Shown here: piece by piece, positions 1-11,974 of the stretch
Layout of the letters: every line of letters begins with the position of its first letter
Numbering within the stretch: position 1 is the stretch's first letter
Assembly (NCBI GenBank): GCA_036172245.1
Contig: JAYWIR010000012.1
Span: 372,001 to 436,000, forward strand
Reading direction: 5' to 3'
DNA: 64,000 nucleotides
Source: Raillietiella orientalis
Taxonomy: Eukaryota
The notes under the pieces: model-generated
Told to the model about the DNA's origin: nothing
Seen by the model: only the letters and a program-made list of their open reading frames with translations
Database searches by the model: none
Translations under genes and position numbers: made by a program

Positions 1-19
1 GTCGAATTTTCGTATTCTG

Positions 20-430
20 AAGGCCCATTCGATTTCTCTTGAGGGTGACCTCACACGCATCCCATGTTTCACATACCCGAAGACATGGGAATCCATGAAA
101 TGGTACGCAATAACCCTTTCAACCCTCGCTTCCTCGCTCCCAGCTAGAAAAGCCCCTTTGAGTGGCTGGTATACTCTCGCCAAAGAATTCACATCGTCCC
201 TACTCCGATTTGGCCTTCCTCCGTGTCAACGTGATAAATGAGCTCTTACGACTTGCTCCTGCAAGTCAGCAAACGTTTGGTTTGACCAGCATGTTCGAAA
301 CCAAAGGGTTTCCGACCTGTGTTCCATTTAAAGACGACACACCCATTCCTGGCACTTTAAGTTTGGCTCGTTTCATGGAGCTTAGCTCCCGCGCCAAAAT
401 AATGCGTCCCTTGCCAACTTTTTTGAACTT
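20..430 (-). mobile_element. Decayed CR1-like LINE ORF2 C-terminal remnant
   Basis: Minus-strand fragments KVQK, FITLTRRK and GHPQEK resemble the CR1 tail motifs E.VQ.RA, L.TL..RR and RGH..K in the right order. Frameshifted. Confidence 0.3.
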
Positions 431-900
431 TACATACACTCATTCGTACATACATACGCATGTATACATACGTACATACAGACACATACACATACCGACA
501 AACTCACTACACACATGCATACACACAGGCAGACAGATAGACATGTATACGCACATACAACCCGAGAAACATATATACATGCATAAACACGCATACACTT
601 ACATACCTAGATACACATACAGATACAGACATACATCAGACATATATACATACACCCATATACACATATACATACACATACCGACAAACTCACATACATA
701 CGTACATATGTAGATACATATGCACACATACATACGTATGTAGATACATACATGCATAAACACATACGTACACACTACATACAAACATTCATATATACAT
801 ATGTATGTAGATACTTAGATACACACATACATACATACATATAGACATTCATAATACATGCATCCATACGTACAAGGAGACATACGTACATAGATATATT
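431..900. repeat. Degenerate (TACA)n/(CA)n/(TA)n microsatellite
   Basis: About 470 bp of tacatacata/cacacata/tagataca units. Confidence 0.95.
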
Positions 901-904
901 ATTC

Positions 905-1330
905 ACTCTTCAGACTTCTGACGAAGGAGATGCTTTACATAATTTGCACACGTTTCGGCTGTACATGCACTAAAAATGTTTCAAATAATAGGGGAATTTC
1001 TTTGGAATGGATCAAGTACTACCCAGAGTGGACCGTATTCTTTGAACCTTGAACTGCAGCATAAGTGGATACTTTTCGTGCTCCTAAAGGCGAAGCTCAT
1101 ACTTCGTGGGTCACCGGGTTGTAGATGCTTTTTTGCATTGGGAGTGGGAATTCTCACTTCTATTCAGTTTTTGTTGCGCCGGATTATGAAATAGATGGCT
1201 CGTTGCTATGCCCGGGATCGATCCAAGCTCTAAACAAGATGCTCGAAATCGCATGCGACGTTCTTCTCAAAGGGCGAAAAGTGCGCTTCCGGATGCAATG
1301 AGATCAAATGCATGCACGAACACGCGCGTC
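905..1330 (-). mobile_element. Decayed CR1-like LINE RT thumb/C-terminal remnant
   Basis: Minus-strand SQCKKASTTR followed by RFKEYGPLWVVLDPFQ and VHVQPKR, similar to KKA...LG, R..LEY...VWDP and E.VQ.R. Confidence 0.4.
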
Positions 1331-2070
1331 GCCCAGGGTGATCCGTCCATATGAAGCTCTTGCATTTACATGTAAACAGGATTGCAGGTTCCAGTCCACG
1401 ATCTTCCCTCCTTCCAAAATTCGCTTTTCTCCCTCTGAGTGATTTCTACGCAAGAATCTGTGAGCCGGCAGTGTCCACCATTGCTGAGTGCCAGTGTTCT
1501 CGAAAATCTGGTACACTCGGTTTCTGTGGAGCCGTTTTCTCGCTCGCTCAACATCCCAGAATGGAATTCACTCCTCACTCGAGGCAGTTCCTGGAATTTC
1601 CAAAGGTCGCTCTTCCATCTGCTTCTGGAAGAGGCTCTCGGAAAGGTTTCGTTTCTTCGTTCGGCAACCCACCCCTCCGGCTGGTGTCGGAAGCGACTTT
1701 TGGAGCGACGTTCGCGGTGCCCCTCCCAACAACAAACCACCGTCATGAGGTTTGGAATGCCGTGAGGGAGGACAGCGCTTGCGGACTCCTCCAGACTCTG
1801 GGGCGAACGGGCGCGCGCACCAACACCGACCGTGCCTCTCGACCCTCCGCGGGCTCGCAGAACCCCGAAACTTTCGGCGCGGCTGCTGCAAGAATTCCTC
1901 GCACTGGACTTCGGGGTTTCGCGGCTAAGAAATGCACGAGTGTGCGATCGGAATTCCGAGATTTGAGGTCAGACGCTACGGGGTGGCATAACAACACTGG
2001 GTGGCAGCGGATGGAACCGCAGAGACAAACTCGAGTGCCTGTGACCCACCTCGCCAGAATGTATCAAACC

Positions 2071-2102
<32 letters not shown>

Positions 2103-2227
2103 CCACGAATGCCTGAAAAGCGGTTTGGGTTGCATGCTCGTCGCCTGAGACATGTCGGGACCACCGGTCGAATGAAGCAGATGAACTCAATTACGCGAAG
2201 TTACGTGAATGTGCTTAAAAAGGAGAT

Positions 2228-2328
2228 TATCTGTCTATCCATCCATCCATCCAACCATCAATCTATCCATCTATCTATCCATTCATGCATCTATCTATCT
2301 ACCTATCCATCCACGTATCTATCTGTCT
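2228..2328. repeat. (ATCC)n/(ATCT)n microsatellite
   Basis: Visible atccatcc/atctatct tandem array. Confidence 0.95.
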
Positions 2329-3479
2329 GCTGTTTGGTCTTCCCCTGCCCCTGACCTTACCAGCTGTCGTTCTTCGCACCGTCTCCAAGCGCTCGCCTCT
2401 ACCACGGGGTCGCCGCCTTCCTCTCTTCGGCTCGACGCCCTGTGGCGCCGGGGAATTCCAGCACTCCGCCTAGCATCCCGCGCGCGCGAGCCCGGAGAAC
2501 CCGGCGACGCAAAGGGAGTCGAGCATCCCGAATTTCCCGAAAGTCTCACCGCGCTAGTACGACGAGCAACCGCCCCGATCATCAGCTGTGTCAGCGCCAC
2601 CTCGCAAGCGCCACACCGTCTTCACGGGCCTTCAACGGACTCCAGTGAGGGACGCAGCCACCGGCCGGAAACTTGACGCATCCGGGACCCTTCTGGAGAT
2701 GGTAGCAAGCGGAGCGCGGATGGCAATCAGCAGAAGAGTCGTAGAAGGGTCGAGAGGCTGCTGGGAATCTCGTGGGTGCATTCACTCAAGGGCCTGGAGC
2801 AGAAAGGAAACATGTAGGAATAGGGCGTTGGGAGCCATCAGTCACCTTTTCAGTCAACTCATGTGCGAGTTGTGGCCAGGACGCCCGAGGGGCAGCCTGG
2901 AATGCCCCCGATGATCGGTGCTGCCAATCCGCTTTCCGCAGCAGCTTGGAGGGTTGAACGAGCAGCAAGAAGCAGCAAGAAGAGGCGCGTTGACCTCAGG
3001 AGTCCTCGTCGCTGGCTTCATGGAAGCGACGGTCACTCTCAGTGGTGTGAGCAATCAGTCAATCCTCCCCCGGCGCCCCTGTTTACACCAAGACGCATCC
3101 GTGTCCGTTCCTGCCAGTGGACGTCCCTTTGGGAGCCTGGAATCTGCCGCTCTTTTGAAGGCCCTCCAAAAGGTTCCACGGTTTCCCCATGCGTTGCCCC
3201 ATTCGCATGGGGCAACGCAGCTCGCACAGGATGTGGCGATCCTTCTTCGGATTTCGTCCCAGACCGGGAGGCGACGCCCGGGTGATGAGCAGAGCGGTAG
3301 ACCCCTCTGCAAGAGGTCTCTTGGAGGGTCGTCCAGGATCATGCGGCTTTATCCAACGTGCCTTAAGGATTTCCAGGAGTGCTCCGAAGAACTCGACCCC
3401 AGGACAAGAAATCCGGGAGCACCAGACAGGGAGAACGACGGATTGCCGTGGGTGTAAGGGTGTTCAGGAGTATCCCAAA

Positions 3480-3830
3480 AGGTGGAGCGTGACGTAATTG
3501 CAAAGCAGGGAATTTGGGCGCAGTGGAGTAACCAATGCCGAAAATGGGCGAGTCACGGGTGAGACCCCTTCGTGGCCCTTCAAATCTTTGGTTTTCTTTT
3601 TCCCTCCCCACCCGCACACTCTAGAGGGGATTTCCTGAGTTTGAGTAGAAAACCTCCGCTTCCGAGCGCCATCTTCAAAGTGCTGAATATTGATCATAGA
3701 TGTCACAGCTCTTCGGCCTTCCCAGTGAGCAGGATCGCCTACAGGGCTACCGTCGCTTTTGCCAGCAGGGAAAACGCGGTTCTCCCCAGAGAATTGGCTG
3801 CTTTGCGTTTTCCCGAATCGTCCAGTGTAA
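3480..3830 (-). mobile_element. Possible LTR-retrotransposon gag remnant
   Basis: Minus-strand AILLTGKAEEL...STLKMAL resembles the gypsy gag pattern LL.GKA.E.Y...Y..LK.AL. In-frame stops present. Confidence 0.35.
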
Positions 3831-4329
3831 GATGAGGAGGTCTGGTCCGGTGGGAATGGCTTCTGGAGCTCCCAGCTCGCACCTTCCCCCCTCATCAGCG
3901 GAGCGCTTTTCGACAGCCACACCATCCTCAGCACGGCCGCACATGACCTGGTTGGAGCATTTTTTCTTCCCCCCGAAGTTCTAGGTGGCCACTCTTGGAC
4001 TCCGCCTCGCTGAGCATGAGGTTTCTCGGACTTCCGCAGGGAATGCTCATGATAAACCAGGGTTGCCAGAATTTGCCTCGGCATTTCTGGATTCTGCCCT
4101 CAGGGTGAAACCGCCACGAAGAGCCCGTGCGCAGGCTTCCAGGATCTTCGATTGATTCAGGGAGTGAGTGCTTTTCTTGCCTGAATGTGCGCTCGTGTTT
4201 CGAGACTCCTGCGATCAAAGTGCTTCCAGCCTTCAGGGTGCAAAGTCTCACTTCACTTCCACCCTCGATGGCTCCATCCATCGGTCTGTGAAGCACCCGC
4301 TTGCGAACTGTCTTGACGCCGCACCGAAC

Positions 4330-5200
4330 CTGGCTGCTCCCGGGAGACCAAAAGCGTCGGGAGAGAAGCTACGCTTGGAGTCACATCCACCAGGTGGTAG
4401 CTGGTGGCCAAAAGATTGAAGCAGTTCGCCGCCTTCCTCGCCCCTCTTCTGGCTTTCGAAACAACAAAAATTAACAGCCTTCTGAAGAACCTGGTGTTCC
4501 AGAGACGTCCAGAGACACCCACCGGATGGATCACACGACCGAAGGGAGCGCGCGTCTTCTCAGCGGATTCTGTCAGAAGGCCGAGTCGAGGCGCGGAGGT
4601 CAGGCAGAGCAGAGCGTCATCTACGAGAGGTTCGCAGTACCGTGATTGGGTTCGAAGCTCCATGCTTGGGAGCGCTCACCTCCAGGGCGCGCTGGACTCG
4701 GTTCGGTTCCGAAAGCTGCAATCATTCAGAACGGAGCCGGAAGCACCAACAGTGCGGACGCTTTCGCAGCTCCACCGCTCGCCGGCTCCGCCCCCTTACG
4801 TCACTAATGAGAGTGACGCACACGTTCCGCCGTTTCCTTTTTGTGGCCTCTCTTTTAGAAAGATCACCAGGCCGCTTCTTTCCGTTCCCAAAGGAACTTC
4901 CTTCGCGGAAGTCGGCAGTGTTGCCAGGCAAAAATTTACAGTCGCGGGCGCCATATTCGATAGGATCCCCGTATGAGGACCATTGGAAGCCGCGATCCAC
5001 CGCCAGGCGCAAGGATGAGCTGTTGGCTCGACGACATATCCCTCGATCGGCAAGATATCCTCCCTCAGATACTTCGCGTCGCGACGATCCTTCGGACGAA
5101 TCGTCCGTGAAACTCGAAACTCACGGAGCGAACGGCCAACGTAAGCGCGAATTCAACCATCTGCAAGCACAGATGCGCTTATTCGCAAGTGCCTTCCTTT
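4330..5200 (+). mobile_element. Decayed non-LTR (CR1/L2-group) reverse transcriptase remnant
   Basis: KASG...KRLKQFAAFLAPLL...INSLLKNLVFQ...PKG (KA.G.D / LK..A..LAP.L..IN.SL..G.FP), then NFLRGSRQ (FL..R.Q) and PPPGARMS (PQG..LS) in the expected order. Confidence 0.55.
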
Positions 5201-5489
5201 GTAGGAATGCATGTTTTTTTTTCTTCCCCCCGAGCTCCAGTTCTGCTTCTCCACGGTCTTCGGATGAAGGATGATGATGCGGCGATCACGTACGAGGAAA
5301 CGCGCAGTTCCGCAGCGTGCGACCTCCCTCCCACTCGAAGGTGCTGACTGCGCAAAAGTCGACGCGACGCACGTTCGAGCGCACACGCTGTGGTGCCTCC
5401 GAACCTCCCAACCGGAAGTTCCAGGGAGGAATGGGAAGAGACAGGGAGCAGGAATGCGATCACTGTGCATGCGAAAGAGCTAGGCTGAT

Positions 5490-6200
5490 CGTTTCGCACC
5501 TCCCCGGAGGTGACGGCAGCATCCCTGTAGAGGTCTTTGGTTTGTTCCTTTCTTGAAAAAACGGGAAAAGTACGGAACGAGTGGAGAAGGGAAAATTAAT
5601 AAATATTTGAATAAAGGGAGGGTGAGGACAGGGGTCAGCGTTTATGACCGCTCCTTATTTCCGGAACCAATTCTGGACTCTGGCGATTTCATTCTTGACT
5701 TCTTCGAAGTGAGGCCACCTGGCGGCCGTCCTCGTGTGGGCGACTGCCATGCAGGCGTCCTCCCTTCGCTGCACCCGAAACTCCGTCGAAAGGCAGGCTG
5801 TGACGACGGGGCGCGGATGCGGCAAACACGTCGTCGAGGTCACGGCGCCCGTCGTGACTCTACCTCTCGCGACGAACCGCCTCAGCGAGTCCATGGAGGT
5901 TTCTTCGGGGTGCAGGAGCTCTGAGGCCAGTCTGCGCCAAAGTTCCTGGAGGCCGCCGCGGTCAGTCGAACAGCAGGTGTGGGAACGGCCCAACCGCCCC
6001 ACACCTGGAGCAGCTTGGGGGGCGCCCCTTCTTCGGAGGCGAGGTGCCTACGCTGGTTGCCCTGAAAACCCCCCAGCGCAGAAAGAGCAGCGAGCCCTGC
6101 TTCCACATCAGCGGGGACACTGACGTGTTTAGACACTGGGGAGGGGCTGCGAGTTCCTCGGAGGGCTCAATCAGCAGTTCGGACCGGAAACGCGGAAGAG
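5490..6200 (-). mobile_element. L1/Tx1-like LINE 3' end (copy L)
   Basis: CSRCGAVGPFPHLLFD zinc finger, then LQELWRRLASELL...LRRFVAR and RWPHFEEVKNEIA, followed by a stop and a T-rich tract. Homologous to the other copies in the window. Confidence 0.7.
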
Positions 6201-7099
6201 TGGCGGCGCCCACCAGGAGGTCTCCTCAGGTGAAGGGGCGAAGCACGAACGCCAGCGGCGCTCGAACCCCGGAAGGCGGCGCGTCGTCATCCGTAGAGCG
6301 TCTCCGCGGTCGTGTTGCACGGCCGAGCGGGCTCAGTGCCGGGGGACACACCTTCAGGCAGGGGCTTCAAGGAACCGGGTCGGGGCACCCGTCGGCTCTG
6401 GAAGCGAAGCCACAGGACGACCTCCACTGACTTTGGAACGTTTTCCCGCGTCTCCCGGGTGCATTCGGGGCGTTTCCCATGGCTTCTTGAGAGCCAGCTT
6501 CCTTCATTTGCGAGGGGGGATCTCGACTTCCCTATGGGGGCAACTCGCTACTCTTAGGGTCTCTGGGCTACCAGGGAGCACGCGAGCAGCGCTCTCGGGC
6601 GGGGGTCATCCCCTGCCGCTTCTTTCAGCTCCGTCGCCGCGCCCTCGCGTAAACGGGTGGGCGGACATCGCTCGTGGCTCTTCCTGCGTTTACGACGAGG
6701 CTTACTGAATGACTCGCTCTCCCCTTTCGACGGGGGTTCTCATGCTGCTGCGAGGATTCGGGGTACGTCCACGTCGAGCACCTCCTGTGCTTCCGGATCC
6801 GCGGTGCATCTCCCGAAAATCTTCCTTTCTTGAAAGGGAAAGCTGGGATTGGGGAGGCAATGAGCCCCCCTCGAGCGCTCGCCTGCAGGAGGAGAGCGGC
6901 CATCCTGAAATTCACTGTGACGCTTTCGGGAATCTCGAGGAACGGCGGCGGCACCTTCGCCTCTTGCGATGGACGGGTAAGGTGCGTGGGCGTGCTTCTC
7001 CCTTTCGGGGAGAAAAAGTTCCGGTGCAGAGGTGGCGCTGGCGCGTTCCTCGACTCGCAAAGGTGCGCGCAGTGCGCGGATGCGTTCTTTCGCAGGCAT

Positions 7100-7390
7100 G
7101 AGGCCCGCGTCGGCTGCAGTCTCCGCGCGTGGCACCGAACGTCGCGGGTTTGAATCCCCCCGGGGAGGGAAGGAGGGTGGACGACGAAAACGGCGGGTGC
7201 GTTGTGGGTTCCGAGTTCCCCTGCAAGATGACGTTGGTTAGTCTAACGGCACTGGTGGGAAGCTGAAAACTCCCCCGGATAACCGCGTTGAGTGGCCGGA
7301 ACCGGGGGTAGACGCTCCGGGGTCCTTCCAGGAACCAAGGAACCCTTCGGGTCCCCTTACGGTTGTGAAAATGAGGTCGTACCATGGAGC
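7100..7390 (+). mobile_element. tRNA-headed SINE-like element, 5' half (copy 1)
   Basis: Head gcaccgaacgtcgcgggtttgaatccc and core cctgcaagatgacgttggtt...gtccttccaggaaccaagg...ggttgtgaaaatg, shared with other copies. Confidence 0.85.
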
Positions 7391-7736
7391 CCTCTCTGGA
7401 GAGGTATCAACCAGCTCCATGGTACCAGCGATGGAGGGTCGCCCATCCCGAGGAGGGGGAGAGGTTCCCTCCATTTTCACAACCGAAGGGAAACTCCGAA
7501 GGGGTTCTTCATTCCTAGAGGGACCTCTGAGGGTCAAGTTCCAGTCCCTGCCACTCAACGGGAGCATCCGACTCCACCAGCGCCGCACCCGAACCTTACA
7601 AGACCAAACAGAGTCCTCTTGCAGGGAGACTCGAAACCCACGATGCACCCATTTCTCAGCGTCGATGCTTCCCCGGACGGAATTCGAACCCGCGACGCTC
7701 GGTGCTACGCGCGGAGAGACCTCAGCCAACGCGGGC
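7391..7736 (-). mobile_element. tRNA-headed SINE-like element, 5' half (copy 2), inverted against copy 1
   Basis: Reverse complement reads gcaccgagcgtcgcgggttcgaatt...cctgcaagaggac...ggttgtgaaaatgg...accatggagctggttg. Confidence 0.85.
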
Positions 7737-8334
7737 AGAGGAAGGCCCTCGTCTACCTCGCGGGCGAGCTTCGATGGCACGAAAGCGCGGTGCATCGTCA
7801 GCTTCGAAGGCCCTGCTGACTTCATCCATTGCTGAGTAGGTCGCAAGGCAACCCTGACCGAACGAGGGAGAGGGAGCAAACCCCTCGACGTCCCGTAGCG
7901 CAACCCTCCGGAAGGGTTTGCTCTGGCTCCGGCAATCCTCTCTCTTCGCACCTGGATGGGAAGCGTCGCATCTGTTTCCGCAACATCATCTTGATTTGTC
8001 AATCTTCACGATCCTTGCCTTCTTCCTCCTCTTCCTTCTCGTCTTCTTCTTCCTATTCCTCCTCTTCTTCTCTCTTGCTCGGCAGAACGATCAAGATGGG
8101 CTGAGGTCTTCACTCAGAAACGCAAAGCCGAAAAGCAACCGGTTTCATGCTTGGATGTTCTCAGAAGCATCGCGCGCGGCGAAGAACGACTGTCGCGGCG
8201 GGGTGATGTTCCGGAAGAGGGAACCATCTAGCTCACGGCGAAGAAGGCGAGGCTGCAAGGCAGGCGAAAGGACGACCAGGGTGGGTGGGTTCTTTTCGAG
8301 GTTCCCCTGCCAAGCGCGAGAGGAACGGACAGCC

Positions 8335-8455
8335 GGCCTCCAGAGTCTTCCTAGATTCAATCGGGTGGTCCCTACGGTGTCATCGGGTCACCCCCCTAAG
8401 AGCACTCTCGGGTGGCATGGACGGTGTCGAAAGAGCTCCACGAGATCCCCCTCCT
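8335..8455 (+). mobile_element. SINE-like element 3' fragment
   Basis: cctagattcaatcgggtggtccctacgg...cactctcgggtggcatggac...aaagagc matches the family tail. Confidence 0.6.
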
Positions 8456-9989
8456 TCCTGTACGGAGTCGGCTCTTGACCACTACGCGAGCTCCGTGCTT
8501 CTTGCACGCCGTCCAAAACGCGTTTCCTAAGAAGGCGCTTTCGTTCCGGTGGGAGCCCTGCTCTTCCCGACACGAGAAGCAGGGAAGTGCAGGCGGAGTC
8601 GAGGGTCTCGCACCTGACCAATGCGCGACGCCTTCTAGAGGAGCGTCTGAGAAAGAATAAATAAACAAACAGGAAAAAAAAAACGGAAGGAGTTCGCAAG
8701 CATGGGAAGCCGCTGGGAATTTCCCAAGATGGCGTTCGGGGCTCCTCCGTCCTTCCCCGGCCGGAGGTGGCGCTGAGGGAGCGCGAGGAAGGGACTTTTC
8801 GCGCGCTTGTGGGAGGAGCAAGAACCCTTGCGACTACTGGAAGCGGACCGAAGACCCGTGACCTCGACAGGGAGCCGCCAGCCCCGAGTCTCACGCGTTC
8901 CTTCGGTCGGCACGGGCTTCCTGTTCGTTTGCTCCGGGCTCGCGGGCCGAGGTTCACTTCGCCGTCCTCCGAAGGGTCTGCTCCGGCAGCGCGGCGGCGC
9001 GTCTGGAGCGGAAGATTCGATTTCGAGATCCTTCCGGGAGAAGGCGCGAGTAGTCGACGTCCCGCCTGTCTCCAGTGGCTCTGGCGACTTTCTCCAGCAT
9101 CCGGAACCTCCTTTCCCGAGGCGAGGCGAGCCCGTTTCGGGATGTGATCCTGCCGAGCAGTAGGTGGCGAGGCTGGTCTCCACCGCCGCCCTCTCCTTTC
9201 TCTCCCCGTTCTCGCGGGGGGGGGGGGGAGATTCCTCCGACTGCGGGACATGGTGGTTCCGCTGCGCGAATCGCCGTCTTGCCTTGAGCTGGATACCGGC
9301 AGATGGCGCGCGCATACCTCGGGTTCGGCAGGGACAGCCACCGGGAGGTGTGAGTTAGCCTCGTCCTCTTGGATAGTCTGTAGCAACTGCGAAACAAACC
9401 GGCGAAGCGCACGGCGCCAATTGCTGCTCCCACGGAACTGTCAGTGGTGTGGTTTATGCGCGCGCGAGCCTCTTCCGCGAGCGTGCGGGAGGTCGCCTTC
9501 CGCGAGGAATGAATGAATTCGTCGTGGAGCCGGACGCGACGGTTCCCAGGGAAACGCTTAACATCCGTGTCGGCGCAAACGCTGGAAATGACGTATTTTA
9601 TGGAAGCTTCCAGACTTGCGCTTTTGGGCGGGGGGGACACTTCCAGACTGCTCGTTCGCCCGTTTGACAAGCGCGCAGGGCTGCTTGCGCGTCGCGCAGC
9701 AGCAGCATAAGCAGCCGCTGTGCCGGGAGCTCGTTCCTTCACCACACGAAAATCCGAGGGATTCTCTGGTGTTACCGTCTCGCTAGCTAATGAAAGACCC
9801 ATTTTCCTGATGAGAACGGCAATCCGCGATGCGATCTTCTTCCAGAAGTCCTTCCATTTTCCAACCTTCTTCTGGGCATTCTTCTACGTTAGACTAAGAG
9901 TCAACTAGCGATCCAAAGTTCCCTGACCTCCTGACGCTGGTATATGCACTCTGCTATACAAGTATAACTCCCTAATGCCATCCTTCCTC

Positions 9990-11351
9990 CAAGGTCGGGT
10001 AGTGTGGAGTCAGCAAGCACACTGCTGCTCTTCGACATCGTTCTTCGCTCTTCCATTCATCGCCACCTTAGTGGCGAAGTCCTGGAGCACCGCCTGATGC
10101 CACCCTGTGCGCCTCCTCGTCCAGCAGGTCACCGTCAGCGTGGGACTGGCGTCGTTCCTTGCGCGCCGTCGTCGCAACGTCTCCCGCTGTGGACCGCAGC
10201 ATCGACGGACATCCGCTGGATCCTCTGGATGCTCACCAGGAGGTCTGGATCTCCTGCTACCCCGCGAACGTTAGTGCCTAGTAGCATGAAACCGTCCGCA
10301 CATGGGCGAGAAGCCAGGAGCGGTGCCCGGAACAGGAGCAAAGATTCCTGTATGGGCGCCACAACAACTTCACGCTCCGAGAGATCATCTGAGATCCCGG
10401 AAGAACCTCCCTCGTCACAGCGCTGTTCTCTCTGAGGGAACATATGGGCAGCAGCCTTGCGGCCAGATGGAAGACTGCTGTGAACATCTCCGGAAGGAGA
10501 AGAGGACTGGACGAGTGGATGACAGTCCAGCTCCCCGACCCTGCGACTCTGAATACCCCACCCCATGGACCTTAACGCTGGGGCGAGCCACTGGATATTT
10601 TTCATGAGACGAGTATTCTTTCTTCATCCACCTGCAGTGACTCCCAGTGCTCTCGGGCACCCAGACCTCCCCTTGAAGTGCCTGCACTTCAAGGGGAGGG
10701 TCTTCAGTCGGAGCTGCTGCTGTTGCAATGGACCTCCCGTGCAACGGCCACAGGCATCACCGAATATATGGGTTGGGTGGGGGTGGACAGGAACTGTAGA
10801 AGCTGCGGTGAGCACGAATTTCTCCCGCGCCTGCTGGTGGATTGTGTCGTCCCTCAGTTCCTAGGGGAACCCTAGGAACCCCCTGAGGCAACTTTAGGGA
10901 CGCTGTATGACCTCTTCAGCCGGTGGTCCCAGCACTCTGCTGTTTAGGCGGGATTGTAGCGAACTGGAGAGATGCAAGAGGAGGACCGAGAGACAGGTGT
11001 GCCACATCCACTTTGCTGTCCGCTTCCTGAGGATGGCAACAAGATGCTCCCATCTGAAGGACGGTATGCAGCAAGAGCTTCCCGGCATCCTCGGAAGGAT
11101 GCAGAGGGACGCCCTCAGCAGGACGTCACCGCTTCCCGCACCCCCTTCCCAAAGTTTATTTATTTATTTTTTTGTTTCCATTTTTCTTTTTCTGTTTGCT
11201 CCCCCCCCCCGGTCTCTGCTACCGTGGTGGTGGATCTCACCGCTCTGGCCTCTGCTCCCGGTAAAACGGACGTGGTTGGATCACCGGCACAACCACAGAG
11301 ATTGTGATTGCATATTTTATATGAAATAAATTCTCCGGCTCACCCGGGTGA
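9990..11351 (+). mobile_element. 5'-truncated L1/Tx1-like LINE (copy A)
   Basis: CRSCGEHEFLPRLLVDCV zinc finger, RFLRMATRCSHL...ELPGILGRMQR, T-rich tract, AATAAA at 11325-11330 and terminal ccggctcacccgggtga. Aligns by eye with copy B. Confidence 0.8.
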
Positions 11352-11404
11352 CCATCCATCCATCGCCACTCGTTTCACGGAACACTACTGCTTCAGCCGG
11401 CGGC

Positions 11405-11645
11405 GGTTCTCTTCAGGGTTTCCTTCCGAGACAACCAGGGCGGCGGTTGCTTTCAGTGCTCCCTCAGGAGACAACCAGGGCAAGAATTAATTCCCTTCGG
11501 GGTTTCCTCCCAAGCGTATGAGGAACGGACTGCTTCCTCCGATGCCTTCCGGGTTTCATAGGGTGGTCCCTCCGGGGTCGCTTCTGACTTGGAGTATCAA
11601 CACTCACCCTCAGGTGCCGTGGAACCTCGTTAAAGAGTTCCAGGT
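11405..11645 (+). mobile_element. SINE-like element 3' half
   Basis: ttcccttcggggtttcctcccaagcg...agggtggtccctccgggg...caccctcaggtgccgtggaacctcgttaaagag. Confidence 0.8.
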
Positions 11646-11974
11646 CTTCGGGACCACTGTCTGCACCTCTGTGGGCTTCCGAGACCTTCGCATCATTGGG
11701 GGCTGGTCTCGCTGCCACTTGCCCACTCGCCATCTCACACCCTCACTCACCGACCTCCACCACCGTCTTTAAAAAACCGAGCATCGAAGTCGTCAGTTTT
11801 CCCTTTTTTTTTCCTCCCCATCGCAAGATGAAGATCTCCCTGGACTAAAAAACGGGCTCTCAAGGTGCGACTTGTAAGAAATGTGGAAGATGTGCAGTTC
11901 CTTCCGGCACGGATTTGAACCTCTTAGTGCGCAAACGCAAGCCCAGAGATGCCCTTGCCTCCCCCGGGTAAAAG

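Noticed and set aside
162..713. 183-aa His/Thr/Tyr-rich ORF
   Set aside because: The C-terminal half is a translation of the (TACA)n microsatellite.
9978..11361. ccatcc(t/a)tcc as the TSD of LINE copy A
   Set aside because: A 9/10 match, but in low-complexity sequence and the 5' boundary of copy A is uncertain; not relied upon.
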